This document shows positions 16,396 to 25,232 of a stretch of DNA of 64,000 bases, piece by piece. Source of the stretch: Candidatus Fermentibacterota bacterium. Lineage in GTDB: Bacteria; Fermentibacterota; Fermentibacteria; Fermentibacterales; JCC-6. The notes beneath the pieces were generated by a model. That model was not told the DNA's origin. It was given only the letters and a program-made list of their open reading frames with translations, and did no database searches. Positions within the stretch are counted from its first letter, which is position 1, and the number at the start of each line of letters is the position of its first letter. The DNA lies in assembly GCA_963845085.1 (NCBI GenBank), contig CAWJQI010000005.1:905608-969607 (forward strand). Reading direction: 5' to 3'. The translations under genes and the position numbers were made by a program.

Positions 16396-18291
16396 ATGCC
16401 TGCAGGAAAAGGACGATTCGGCGGTATTGCGCTTGCAGTCGCCATGCTTGTCCTGTTCGTGCTCTCCGACACTGCTCAGGCCAGAGCGGGGGGCGGACAG
16501 AGCTACGGCGGCGGAAGCGGCGGCGGCGGGGACGGTGGAGGCGACGGGCTCGGTTTCCTTGTCTACTTTCTTGTCAGGCTTTGCATCGAACAGCCCTGCA
16601 TAGGGATACCCCTTACCATCGCCATCATCGTGGGGCTAGCCATTTACAGCAGGCAACGCAAAAAAATGCAGGAAAAGTACATAGCACGTTCTTTCACCGC
16701 CAGGAGAGAGTCTGCAGCCGCAAAAGGTGCCGCCGACCTCGATGCCCTCAAGAACGCTGATCCCGCTTTCACCGAAACCCGGTTCACCGGGATGGCAGCC
16801 ACCGCATTCGCATCGGTTCAGAAAGCCTGGAGCAGCCAGGACCTCTCGGCAGTCACCTCGTACATAAGCGACGGCGTCAGGGAGAGGTTCAACCTTCAGT
16901 TCGACATGCAGCGGGCTATGGGCTACAGAAACTCCATGGAGAACCTGGAGGTCCTGGGCGTGCGGCTTGTGGGTGCGCATGCCGCCAAGGGATTCCAGAC
17001 GGTGCATGCCGAGATTCATGCAAAGGCCTTGGACTGCGACGTATCGATACAAAACGGCAGGAAGCTTCGGACAAACACCGACAGCGATTTCTTCGAATAC
17101 TGGACCTTCATGCGAAAATCCGGGGCGAAAACACCCGAAAAAGGCGGTCTTGTTCAGGGATTCTGCCCGAACTGCGGGGCTTCGCTCTCCGTAAGCAACG
17201 CCGGCAAGTGCGAGTACTGCGGGGCCCATATCACCAGCGGCACATACGACTGGATTCTCGTCGAGATCACTCAGGAAAGCGAATGGAAACCTGCGTCCGC
17301 ACCCGATGGAATTCCAGGGTATTCCGAAATGAAGGCGAAAGACCCGGGTTTCATGACCCAGCCTCTTGAAGACACTGTTTCGGTTGTCTTCTGGCGCTAT
17401 GTGAAGAGCTATTTCGAGGGCAGGACCGATGCGGCAGTCAAGGTTGCCTCTCCTGAGTTCATCCCGTCCCTGGAGAGGAACATCGCCCAGACTGTCGAGG
17501 GAGAGTGGCACCTCTACTTCCACGATGCTGCTGTCGGTTCTGTCGAAATTCTCGACATCGTGCCGGGGCAGGACAAGGACCGGGTCAGGGCGCTGGTGAA
17601 GTGGTCGGCCTGGAACCGTTTCCGAAACGCCGCCGGGCAGACGAAGGGTGCCGGGGACCGCAGCATCAGACCACAGGTCTTTACGCTCGCACGCCTTCCA
17701 GAGGTCAGAACCAGGACTGAAAACGACTTCCACTCCGCGCACTGTCCGGGATGCGGAGCACCCTACACCGGCGCCGCAGGAGGCGCCTGCGAGTACTGCG
17801 GCAGGCCCTTGAACGACGGCTCAGGCGCCTGGGTTCTCGAAGACATCTCGGCATTCTCGGCCGGAATGCTCAAACGTGCCCCCGGCAGGGCCGCGGCCCC
17901 AGATCCGGAGATGCTTCTCATGGCAATGGTGGCCGCAATGTTCGCGGACGGGACGGCTGACGGGGATGAACGGCGCCTGCTCGATGATTTTGCCGCCTCG
18001 AGGGGGGTATCGGCGGAGAAGGTATCCGGCATGATCGCTGCGGCTTCCCAGGGGGTCGAGCTTCCCAGGGCGGAGGGCACCGCCGAGGCGAAGGCGGTTC
18101 TTTCCGAAATGGTCGGGATCACCCTTGCGGACGGTTCGATCAGTTCCGGGGAGATGAAGTTCCTCGAGGGTTACACAACAAGCGCAGGCCTCTCCCCGGC
18201 CGATCTGCGGGCCACGATAGCCGGGAAGCGAAGAAGCCTCTACAAGGAAGCCCGAAAGACAGCAGGCGGTACGCGGCCAGGGTCGGCCTGA
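16396..18291 (+). CDS. membrane protein with two Tim44-like domains, each followed by a zinc ribbon, and a C-terminal TerB-like domain
   Basis: Signal/TM segment plus a Gly-rich tract. Two CxxC...CxxC ribbons (CPNCGAS...CEYCGAHI and CPGCGAP...CEYCGRPL). The C-terminus MVAAMFADGTADGDERRLLDDF resembles TerB. Confidence 0.75.
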   Translation: MPAGKGRFGGIALAVAMLVLFVLSDTAQARAGGGQSYGGGSGGGGDGGGDGLGFLVYFLVRLCIEQPCIGIPLTIAIIVGLAIYSRQRKKMQEKYIARSFTARRESAAAKGAADLDALKNADPAFTETRFTGMAATAFASVQKAWSSQDLSAVTSYISDGVRERFNLQFDMQRAMGYRNSMENLEVLGVRLVGAHAAKGFQTVHAEIHAKALDCDVSIQNGRKLRTNTDSDFFEYWTFMRKSGAKTPEKGGLVQGFCPNCGASLSVSNAGKCEYCGAHITSGTYDWILVEITQESEWKPASAPDGIPGYSEMKAKDPGFMTQPLEDTVSVVFWRYVKSYFEGRTDAAVKVASPEFIPSLERNIAQTVEGEWHLYFHDAAVGSVEILDIVPGQDKDRVRALVKWSAWNRFRNAAGQTKGAGDRSIRPQVFTLARLPEVRTRTENDFHSAHCPGCGAPYTGAAGGACEYCGRPLNDGSGAWVLEDISAFSAGMLKRAPGRAAAPDPEMLLMAMVAAMFADGTADGDERRLLDDFAASRGVSAEKVSGMIAAASQGVELPRAEGTAEAKAVLSEMVGITLADGSISSGEMKFLEGYTTSAGLSPADLRATIAGKRRSLYKEARKTAGGTRPGSA

Positions 18292-18298
18292 GGAACCT

Positions 18299-19912
18299 TT
18301 ACGGCCCCAGTGCCCTGAAGTTGTCCGGCGGCAGGCTGTCCACCGCCATGAAACCATCGGGAACCGGACCTGTGAACCTGTAGATGATGGTTCTGCCCGA
18401 ACTGCTTCTCCACGCCTCCGAGAGGAAAGCGGGAGGGTCGATCACAGCCCAGCCGCCTCCGTCGGGAGTTCTCCTCCACCTGCCGGACAGCCACGGTCTG
18501 AGGCCGGGCAGGTCGCTGTCCACCACCACGAAGCCAACCCTGTGCTCTTCGAGGCACGGCCAGAGCAGCATTTCATAATCGTTGGGCCAGGTAAGCGTGG
18601 GTCTGCGGTACACCCAGTGATAAAGCTCCACGTTCGGGTAGGTAACGACCCAGGTGCTTTCAGGGACATTGTCCCTTATCCAGCGTGCCCCCTCCATCGC
18701 CTCGAGTGCCCTGTCCCTGTTGCCGGCAGTGAGGACCTCCGCCACAGGGCGGAACAGCACGAGTGCCGTCACAACCGCCACCGCAGGAACAACTCCCCTC
18801 ACATTCTGGCGCCTGCGGAAGACCCCTGCAGCCCCGAATGCTGCGACAATCGCGTAGACCGGGGCAAGATAGCGCCCGCTGTGCTGATGCAGGGTCAGCG
18901 CCGCCATGAGGGGAACGGCAACCAGGGCCGGCAGGAGCATCTTCCTCCTCATATCACGGTCGCTGAGGCCGAGAATCGCAAATAGAAGGAAAACAGCAAG
19001 GGTCGGCTGTGCGAACGGTTCGCCTCTTCCACAGGAGCCCAGGGCGAAGGGTTCGAGCACACGGCCCGCCCCTTTTACAACAAAGACAGCACACGCCTTC
19101 AGCCCCTGGTTCCTCAGCATGTCGGAAGGGGAGGGAGGCGTATCCCTCACGCTCCAGGCCGACCAGTGGTTCTCATTGAGAACAAACTGGCTGTTCTGGC
19201 TGTAGGTCGGGCTTCCGAACTCCCTCAGGTTTCTCAGGAACCAGGGCAGTGCGCAGACGACGAAAACGGCGGAGAAAAGCAGGGCTTTTAGGATCCTTCG
19301 CCTGCCTCCGCGAAAAAGAATCCACAAACCCATGGAGAATGCAAGCAGGGCGCCCTGAGTCCTGCTCAGATAGGCTGCCCCCGAAACAAGCCCCAGCAGC
19401 ACCGCGCCCCTCCACGAAACCATCCCCTCTCCCGCTGCGGCCAGGGCCAGGAAAACAAGGGTTGTGTACAGAAGCAGGCTGTCGGGCTGGGCGCTGTACC
19501 AGATGAAAGGGGGGTCGAGGGCGAGGAAGGCAAGGGCAAAAAGCGCTCCGCGTCTTCCTACGGCACGGGATGCCCATCCGTAGAACGCAAGAAGGCAGAG
19601 CATGCCCACGGCGATCGAAAGTGCCTGGGCGGGTCTCATGCCCGGCCCCGTAACCCTGAACAGGGCGGATAGCATCAGGGGAAACAATGGCTGCCTGTTG
19701 GCCTCGGGTCTCAGCTGGTCCATGGAGTCGTCGTACAGGGTCCATTTCAGAAAGGTGGTGAATCCGAGGCCGCGGTTGATGTTGTCAGCCAGCAGGATGT
19801 TGGCGGCAATGCCGTCGCCTTCCGGAGCGGGCTGGCGGACGGCGGTCATGATCCTTGCCCCGAGGGCAACGAGGAGAATTGCGGCAATGATCCAGCGGAA
19901 CCTGTTTTCCAT
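18299..19912 (-). CDS. polytopic membrane glycosyltransferase, GT39/GT83 (PMT/ArnT)-like
   Basis: About 12 hydrophobic segments plus a ~130-aa soluble C-terminal domain. The ATG at 19912 is preceded by GGAGGA. Family assignment is from topology and general resemblance. Confidence 0.65.
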   Translation of the reverse strand: MENRFRWIIAAILLVALGARIMTAVRQPAPEGDGIAANILLADNINRGLGFTTFLKWTLYDDSMDQLRPEANRQPLFPLMLSALFRVTGPGMRPAQALSIAVGMLCLLAFYGWASRAVGRRGALFALAFLALDPPFIWYSAQPDSLLLYTTLVFLALAAAGEGMVSWRGAVLLGLVSGAAYLSRTQGALLAFSMGLWILFRGGRRRILKALLFSAVFVVCALPWFLRNLREFGSPTYSQNSQFVLNENHWSAWSVRDTPPSPSDMLRNQGLKACAVFVVKGAGRVLEPFALGSCGRGEPFAQPTLAVFLLFAILGLSDRDMRRKMLLPALVAVPLMAALTLHQHSGRYLAPVYAIVAAFGAAGVFRRRQNVRGVVPAVAVVTALVLFRPVAEVLTAGNRDRALEAMEGARWIRDNVPESTWVVTYPNVELYHWVYRRPTLTWPNDYEMLLWPCLEEHRVGFVVVDSDLPGLRPWLSGRWRRTPDGGGWAVIDPPAFLSEAWRSSSGRTIIYRFTGPVPDGFMAVDSLPPDNFRALGP

Positions 19913-20006
19913 AGATCGTTCCTCCACCTTCGTGCCCTTCCTTCCAGAAGCCAGGGTTGTATTTTACTTCAACACAGCACTCGGAGCCACAACGGAGAGG
20001 TGCGGC

Positions 20007-20780
20007 ATGATCCTGACCGGAGCCACCTGGAATGTTAACTCTGTGAGGGCGCGCCTTCCCCACGTCCTCCGCTGGCTTGCAGCCAACCCCGTCAGCTTTT
20101 TGTGCCTTCAGGAGACAAAGGTCACCGACGACCTCTTTCCCTCGGATGCGTTCGGAGAGCTGGGCTATTCATCCCTCGCCCATGGCCAGAAGACCTACAA
20201 CGGCGTTGCTGTTATCAGCCGGATCGGGTTGGAGGACACCCGGAAGGGGCTGCCCTCGGGGTTTCTGGATGATCAGGCCAGGCTGCTTTCATTTCGCCTG
20301 CAGGGCATCAGGTTCATGAACGCGTACGTCCCCAACGGTGGTGCTGTGGATCTTCCCTCCTTCGAACACAAACTCCGCTGGCTCGAGGAACTGCTGGCGT
20401 TCGCTGCCGGTTTCGATGAGCCGACCATTGTCATAGGGGATTTCAACGTGGCGCCCGGTCCCGATGACACGCATTCGCCGGACATTCAGGACGGCACTGT
20501 GTGTTATCACCCCTTCGAAAGGCAGCGGATCAGAGCATTCCTTGACTCCGGATTCGTGGATGGGTACAGGTTGTTCAACCCGGCGGGAAAGGCATACACA
20601 TGGTGGGATTACCGTGCGGGCGCATTCCGAAGGAACATGGGCATGCGCCTTGACCTTGTGCTGGCCTCAAAAAGCGCGGCTCACCTGATTCGTTCCGTCG
20701 AGGCAGACCCGGCCCCGCGGACGTGGGAAAAGCCATCCGACCATGTGCCGGTGCTTTTCCGGTTCTCGGCTCCGGAATGA
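20007..20780 (+). CDS. xthA: exodeoxyribonuclease III (AP endonuclease, EEP family)
   Basis: The N-terminus MILTGATWNVNSVRARL...LCLQETK and the C-terminal PSDHVPV are typical of Xth. The ATG at 20007 has a GGAGAGG RBS; the longer ORF from 19602 overlaps the divergent gene. Confidence 0.9.
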   Translation: MILTGATWNVNSVRARLPHVLRWLAANPVSFLCLQETKVTDDLFPSDAFGELGYSSLAHGQKTYNGVAVISRIGLEDTRKGLPSGFLDDQARLLSFRLQGIRFMNAYVPNGGAVDLPSFEHKLRWLEELLAFAAGFDEPTIVIGDFNVAPGPDDTHSPDIQDGTVCYHPFERQRIRAFLDSGFVDGYRLFNPAGKAYTWWDYRAGAFRRNMGMRLDLVLASKSAAHLIRSVEADPAPRTWEKPSDHVPVLFRFSAPE

Positions 20781-20824
20781 AGGACGCCCGTCGGGTGTAG
20801 AACGGTTATTCCAAGGAGGTCCTC

Positions 20825-21763
20825 ATGATGCTGATTCTCGCAGTACTGCTTTCAACAACGCTTCCTGACCCATCCACGGCGGATGAGCGGGAGCTTGCAC
20901 CCGTGATCGTTCACGAATGGGGCGTTCTTTCCTGGAGCGGTCCGGACGGATCCTTCTCCGGAGCACCGGGAGCACCGGAAGCACCCGGGACAGTTCCGCA
21001 ACCGGATGAAATGATCCTTCGTGCACCGGTTCTCTACGTTCACGGCCCGGAGTTTACAGGCCGGATCGATGTGCGAACGACCAACGGCGTCCTGACCGCT
21101 CTCTACCCCGAGCCCTCCCTGGTGGACGCTGACAGCGGGTCATGCTCCTGGGATGGCACTTTCGCGTACGAGGCTTTCGAACCATCCGCAAGGGATATGT
21201 CCGCCGCAGTGGAGCGTGGGCTGAGAAGCCCCGATGCCCCGCGCTGGCCCTACCACCTTTGGAGGACGGGGGAAAGCATGACGATAACCACCCCCTGCGC
21301 AACCGAAAGCTTTCTGTACTACGAGACGAGGCCGGAACGGCTTGACTTTCTCCCCCTCATGCCCGGCGCTGATGCAGTGAATGCAGAGTGGGCGGACATT
21401 CCGGCGATCGTTCTGAAAAGGACGGATGACGGTTTCGTCTACTCGGAATGCAATCTCGGTCTGCTCTTCGAGGGTGGCGACCTATCCTTCAGCAGCCTTC
21501 AGCCCGACGAGATCCACGACATTCTGAGGGAGTGGTCGAGGAACATCATCGACATCGAGGAGGTCGACGCCCTCTGGAACACCTGGTCGGACTGGATCTG
21601 CCTTGACCATGCTGATACGGGGGCATACGCCGGGGGACTGGTGCTTTACCTCGTACCTGACGAGCTGCTGGACAAGCTCAGCACCATCGAGGTCTTCCGT
21701 TCCGGCCCGCTGTCCTATCCGTTCCGTGTACACAGGTACATTCTCGCCGCAGTCCCGCTCTGA
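20825..21763 (+). CDS. secreted hypothetical protein, paralogue 1 of HEWGV/ALWNTW family
   Basis: AAGGAGG RBS and a hydrophobic leader. Shares ordered motifs HEWGV, APVLYVHG, FLYYE and ALWNTW with the next two ORFs. Confidence 0.7.
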   Translation: MMLILAVLLSTTLPDPSTADERELAPVIVHEWGVLSWSGPDGSFSGAPGAPEAPGTVPQPDEMILRAPVLYVHGPEFTGRIDVRTTNGVLTALYPEPSLVDADSGSCSWDGTFAYEAFEPSARDMSAAVERGLRSPDAPRWPYHLWRTGESMTITTPCATESFLYYETRPERLDFLPLMPGADAVNAEWADIPAIVLKRTDDGFVYSECNLGLLFEGGDLSFSSLQPDEIHDILREWSRNIIDIEEVDALWNTWSDWICLDHADTGAYAGGLVLYLVPDELLDKLSTIEVFRSGPLSYPFRVHRYILAAVPL

Positions 21764-21775
21764 AAGAGGTTTGAA

Positions 21776-22678
21776 ATGTTTCCACTGCTTCTTCCGTTTC
21801 TTGCGGATACCGTTGTGGCACCCATGGACAACACAACCCTTCTCAGGATCCACGAATGGGGGGTTGTCACCTTTACATCGGTCGGCAGCGAGGTGACCGG
21901 CGTGCCGGGTGACACCTACGGGTACGATCCATTCGGCATGGTGTGCGTCGACGCGCCGGTTGTCTGGTTCCACGGCTCTCCCTTCACAGGCACGTTCACC
22001 GCGACTGCCGGGATGGGCTTCATTTCGACGGCTTACCCGACCCCCTCCGTGCAACTCGAGGGAGATGCGCCTCCTGCCGTATCATGGCATATCGATGGCA
22101 GGCTTCCGGAACCGTACGATGAAGCCCCTGTCCCCTCGGTCCCCGAGGGTACGCCGTTCCAGTGGGCGATGGACTTCTGGCGCGACGTGCCCTGCCACGA
22201 TCTCTACGATGCCGACGGAAACTATCTGGACAGGTTCCTCTACTACGAAACCGCCATTCCCGACGGAATCCACACCAGGATGAACACCGTGGTGGAGGAC
22301 GGCAGGCAGCTCGCAGGGTACTTCTCGCCCGAAGGTCTTCTGATAGCGACGGGCGACGAACCGAGAATATTGCAGCACAACATAATACCTCTTCCGGTCC
22401 TCAGCGATGCCATAAGGCCGCCCCTTGAACGAGACGAAATTCTCGAGAAGATTTGCGACTGGGCGGGAGGCAACCTGAAATCCCAGGAAATCGCCGCCCT
22501 GTGGAACACCTGGGAGCCTTTCTTCAGTGAAAGACCAGCCGGTGAACTTTGGCTGCTCTTCCCTCTGCCGCCGGCCACAGTCGAGGGCATCAGCACGTTA
22601 AGCCTCGCTGTCGAGCAGCCGCTTGACCTCCGTGTTGAATACCACAGGCTATTCCTCGGACTTGTGAGGGTGGAATGA
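21776..22678 (+). CDS. secreted hypothetical protein, paralogue 2 of HEWGV/ALWNTW family
   Basis: Motifs HEWGV, APVVWFHG, FLYYET and ALWNTW. AAAGAGG RBS. Confidence 0.7.
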   Translation: MFPLLLPFLADTVVAPMDNTTLLRIHEWGVVTFTSVGSEVTGVPGDTYGYDPFGMVCVDAPVVWFHGSPFTGTFTATAGMGFISTAYPTPSVQLEGDAPPAVSWHIDGRLPEPYDEAPVPSVPEGTPFQWAMDFWRDVPCHDLYDADGNYLDRFLYYETAIPDGIHTRMNTVVEDGRQLAGYFSPEGLLIATGDEPRILQHNIIPLPVLSDAIRPPLERDEILEKICDWAGGNLKSQEIAALWNTWEPFFSERPAGELWLLFPLPPATVEGISTLSLAVEQPLDLRVEYHRLFLGLVRVE

Positions 22679-23511
22679 TCGTTCCCGCCGTAATCCTGAT
22701 GGCGGGGCTCTCCGTTCACGAATGGGGGGTGGTACTCGTTTCCGAGGGGCAGACCGGATTTGTGTCGGCGCCGGAGGCGGGCATCACCCGCGTCTTCGAT
22801 GTAAAGGCGCCCGTGCTGTACTTTCATGGCGATCCCTGCACGGTGAACGTTCGGGTGACGGTTCCCTCGGGGCTTGTGACACTGGCGCTTCCAGAGCCGG
22901 CTTCCGGGGGAGTGGGATCCGATTCGGTGCATTGGGCGAACCTGTCACTCGTGGATACGGTGGAACGAAATCCATGGCCGGGGATCACCTCATGGGAGTG
23001 GGGTGAAACCTGGTCCGATGTCCAGGCGCTTTCCATCAGAAGGAGCCCCTTCGTAGACAGGTACCTGTTCTACGAATGCTCACTGGTCGGGCCGGGGTTT
23101 CTCCCCTATTTCGTGGATGGGAACAGCCCCGCCGTCGGAAGCGGGTTCGGTGATTTGCCGTGCATCCTTCTGCGCGGAGGAACTGAAGACGCCGAATTCG
23201 CAGAAATGAGCCTCCGGAACCTTGCCGAAGGTGCACCCCCATCGTGGGAGCCTGTAGTAACGGCTTCGCAGGTCAGGATCATTGTCGAATCCTGGGCTGC
23301 GGGTGTTCTCGAGCCTGATGAGTTCAATGCACTCTGGAACACATGGGAAACCACTTTCCTTTTTGGAACAGGCTCTTGCGTACATGTGCTGTACAGCATT
23401 CCCGAAAGCGTCATGAGCGGGGTCGCCCCGATCGAAATCACTTGCGACGACGGGCAGACGGCTGAAGTGAAGAGGTTTCATCTGGCGTTCGTCCCCGCAG
23501 GGAATCCATAG
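22675..23511 (+). CDS. secreted/anchored hypothetical protein, paralogue 3 of HEWGV/ALWNTW family
   Basis: ATGA overlap with paralogue 2. Motifs HEWGV, APVLYFHG, YLFYEC and ALWNTW. Confidence 0.7.
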   Translation: MIVPAVILMAGLSVHEWGVVLVSEGQTGFVSAPEAGITRVFDVKAPVLYFHGDPCTVNVRVTVPSGLVTLALPEPASGGVGSDSVHWANLSLVDTVERNPWPGITSWEWGETWSDVQALSIRRSPFVDRYLFYECSLVGPGFLPYFVDGNSPAVGSGFGDLPCILLRGGTEDAEFAEMSLRNLAEGAPPSWEPVVTASQVRIIVESWAAGVLEPDEFNALWNTWETTFLFGTGSCVHVLYSIPESVMSGVAPIEITCDDGQTAEVKRFHLAFVPAGNP

Positions 23512-24230
23512 TGCCTTCGGGGTTCCTCACCCCGGCACTCGTGATACTCGCAGCGGCCGCCCTGCAGGGGTTTTGTGGTTTCGGATACTCCCTGCTCGCA
23601 ATGCCGATCCTGCTGTTTCTCATGCCTGCATCCACCGCGGTTCCCATCCTCTGCATCACCGGAATAGCACTGAATGCAGTGCTGCTTGGTATCACGAGAA
23701 AAAGCCTGAACCTCAGGGGGTTATTTCCTCTCGCCCTGGCAGGGGTTCTCTTCACCCCCCTGGGTGCCCTGCTCATCCGCGAAATAGATGCGGAGACGGC
23801 AAAAACCGTCATGGGTGTCTGTGTGACACTCCTTTCGGTCACAATGCTTTCCAAACTGCGGGCAGGGGTAAGGAAGACCGCTGCGGGGATGTTCGCAACG
23901 GGCGCGGTCAGCGGGCTGCTGAACGGCTTCTCCACATTCAGCGGACCCCCTGTCGTCCTCATGCTCTCGGGAAGCGGGGACGAAAGGGACGGGATAAGGT
24001 CGAGCCTTGCGGCTTACTTCCTTTTACTGGGCGTGATCGCGGCGGTGTCGTATTCGATGATGGGTGTTCTGACCTCCAGTGCATTGCCGACGATTGCCCT
24101 CACTCTGCCCTTTGCCGTCCTGGGCGGGTCGCTGGGGGCTGTGTTCGCAAGAAGGCCGGGAAACGAGATCCACAGAAGGATCTCACTGGTGGTCATGGCA
24201 TTGCTTGGGCTTCTTTCGGCAGCGGCCTAA
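23511..24230 (+). CDS. TSUP (TauE/SafE) family membrane permease
   Basis: 239 aa with ~7-8 hydrophobic helices. The N-terminus LQGFCGFGYSLLAMPILL is typical of TauE/SafE. The GTG start shares one nt with the paralogue-3 stop. Confidence 0.8.
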   Translation: MPSGFLTPALVILAAAALQGFCGFGYSLLAMPILLFLMPASTAVPILCITGIALNAVLLGITRKSLNLRGLFPLALAGVLFTPLGALLIREIDAETAKTVMGVCVTLLSVTMLSKLRAGVRKTAAGMFATGAVSGLLNGFSTFSGPPVVLMLSGSGDERDGIRSSLAAYFLLLGVIAAVSYSMMGVLTSSALPTIALTLPFAVLGGSLGAVFARRPGNEIHRRISLVVMALLGLLSAAA

Positions 24231-24706
24231 AGAAAGGGTTCGCCGATCCGCCATTCGCCCTGTTGAAGGACCAGTGCAAAGCAGGTCTCGTCGGTTTCCC
24301 CGGAAAGCAGGTCAACCTCGCAGACGACAATTGCCGTGTCGCCCCTCATCCCCTCCATCGAACATGTGATGAGGTTTCTCTCGGGCAACTGCGATACAAG
24401 CACGGGGGCATCGAGGACAACACCCACGAAACCGGTCTCGGTCAGGCAGGCGACATCCTGGCTGCTGTACTGCCTTCCGATCCAGCGGCTGATCTGTTCA
24501 GCGGCGGCAGCAGGATGCAGCCTGGCCATCGTAACCATGGTTGTTAGAGCGGCCTGATTCTCGGTGCTAAGCATTTCATATACCGTTTCGGCATCATATC
24601 TGTACACGGCATCGATAAAGCTCTCCATGAACTGGAGGGGGTCGGCGCATGCCGCCGAAGCCAATGCCAGAACAACCAACGAAAATCTCCTGGGCATTTT
24701 CTGCAT
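24227..24706 (-). CDS. hypothetical lipoprotein
   Basis: ATG start and a lipobox-like LASAAC after a basic N-terminus. I recognise no family. Confidence 0.55.
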   Translation of the reverse strand: MQKMPRRFSLVVLALASAACADPLQFMESFIDAVYRYDAETVYEMLSTENQAALTTMVTMARLHPAAAAEQISRWIGRQYSSQDVACLTETGFVGVVLDAPVLVSQLPERNLITCSMEGMRGDTAIVVCEVDLLSGETDETCFALVLQQGEWRIGEPFL

Positions 24707-24774
24707 CCTTCCCGAAAGCTGAGAACCCCTCCAGGAACGTACTATACCATCGGGAGAAAAACGTTCCAGAAGTC

Positions 24775-24803
24775 TTGCAGAGGCTTTTTTCCGATTCTAT
24801 ATT
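24775..24803 (+). promoter_or_regulatory. candidate promoter of the RRM gene (TTGCAG-N17-TATATT)
   Basis: -35 is at 24775-24780 and -10 at 24798-24803. This leaves an ~80-105 nt leader. Confidence 0.45.
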
Positions 24804-24885
24804 GCAAATGCATGCGGTTCCATTGATTGCCGCTGCCAGGGGCTTCCGGTGTTCGTGTCATGCGCCGGCGCCCATGCAAACGTTC

Positions 24886-25167
24886 ATGGCACCGCATCGA
24901 AAGGACTCTTATCCAGTGAATCTCTACATCGGAAACCTGTCGTACAAGGCAACGGAGGAAGAGCTCAAGTCCCACTTCGAGCGCTTCGGAACCGTATCTG
25001 CAGCCCGGATCATCACCGACCGGGAGACAGGCCGCTCGCGGGGCTTCGGCTTCGTGGAAATGCCTGACCCGGCGCACGCGGAAGCGGCTATCAGGGGCAG
25101 CGAGGGAATCGAGTTTCTTGGCCGTGAGCTGAGGGTGAACGAGGCAAAGCCCAAGGAAAGGGGCTGA
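24886..25167 (+). CDS. RNA-binding protein with a single RRM (RNP-1/RNP-2) domain
   Basis: RNP-2 is LYIGNL and RNP-1 is RGFGFVEM. An alternative GTG start at 24916 has an AAGGA RBS 10 nt upstream. Confidence 0.85.
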   Translation: MAPHRKDSYPVNLYIGNLSYKATEEELKSHFERFGTVSAARIITDRETGRSRGFGFVEMPDPAHAEAAIRGSEGIEFLGRELRVNEAKPKERG

Positions 25168-25174
25168 GCACCGA

Positions 25175-25217
25175 AGCAGAAAAAGGGGCGGAGGTCTTTC
25201 GGCCTCCGCCCTTCTGC
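25175..25217. terminator. bidirectional hairpin terminator between convergent genes
   Basis: GCAGAAaaaGGGGCGGAGG-tctttcgg-CCTCCGCCCTTCTGC. Confidence 0.6.
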
Positions 25218-25232
25218 TAAATCAGGGACAGC

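Noticed and set aside
16480-16560. GGC/GGA-rich simple-sequence tract.
   Set aside because: It is in frame and encodes the Gly-rich linker (GGGQSYGGGSGGGGDGGGDG) after the signal/TM segment of the Tim44-like protein. It is not an independent repeat element.
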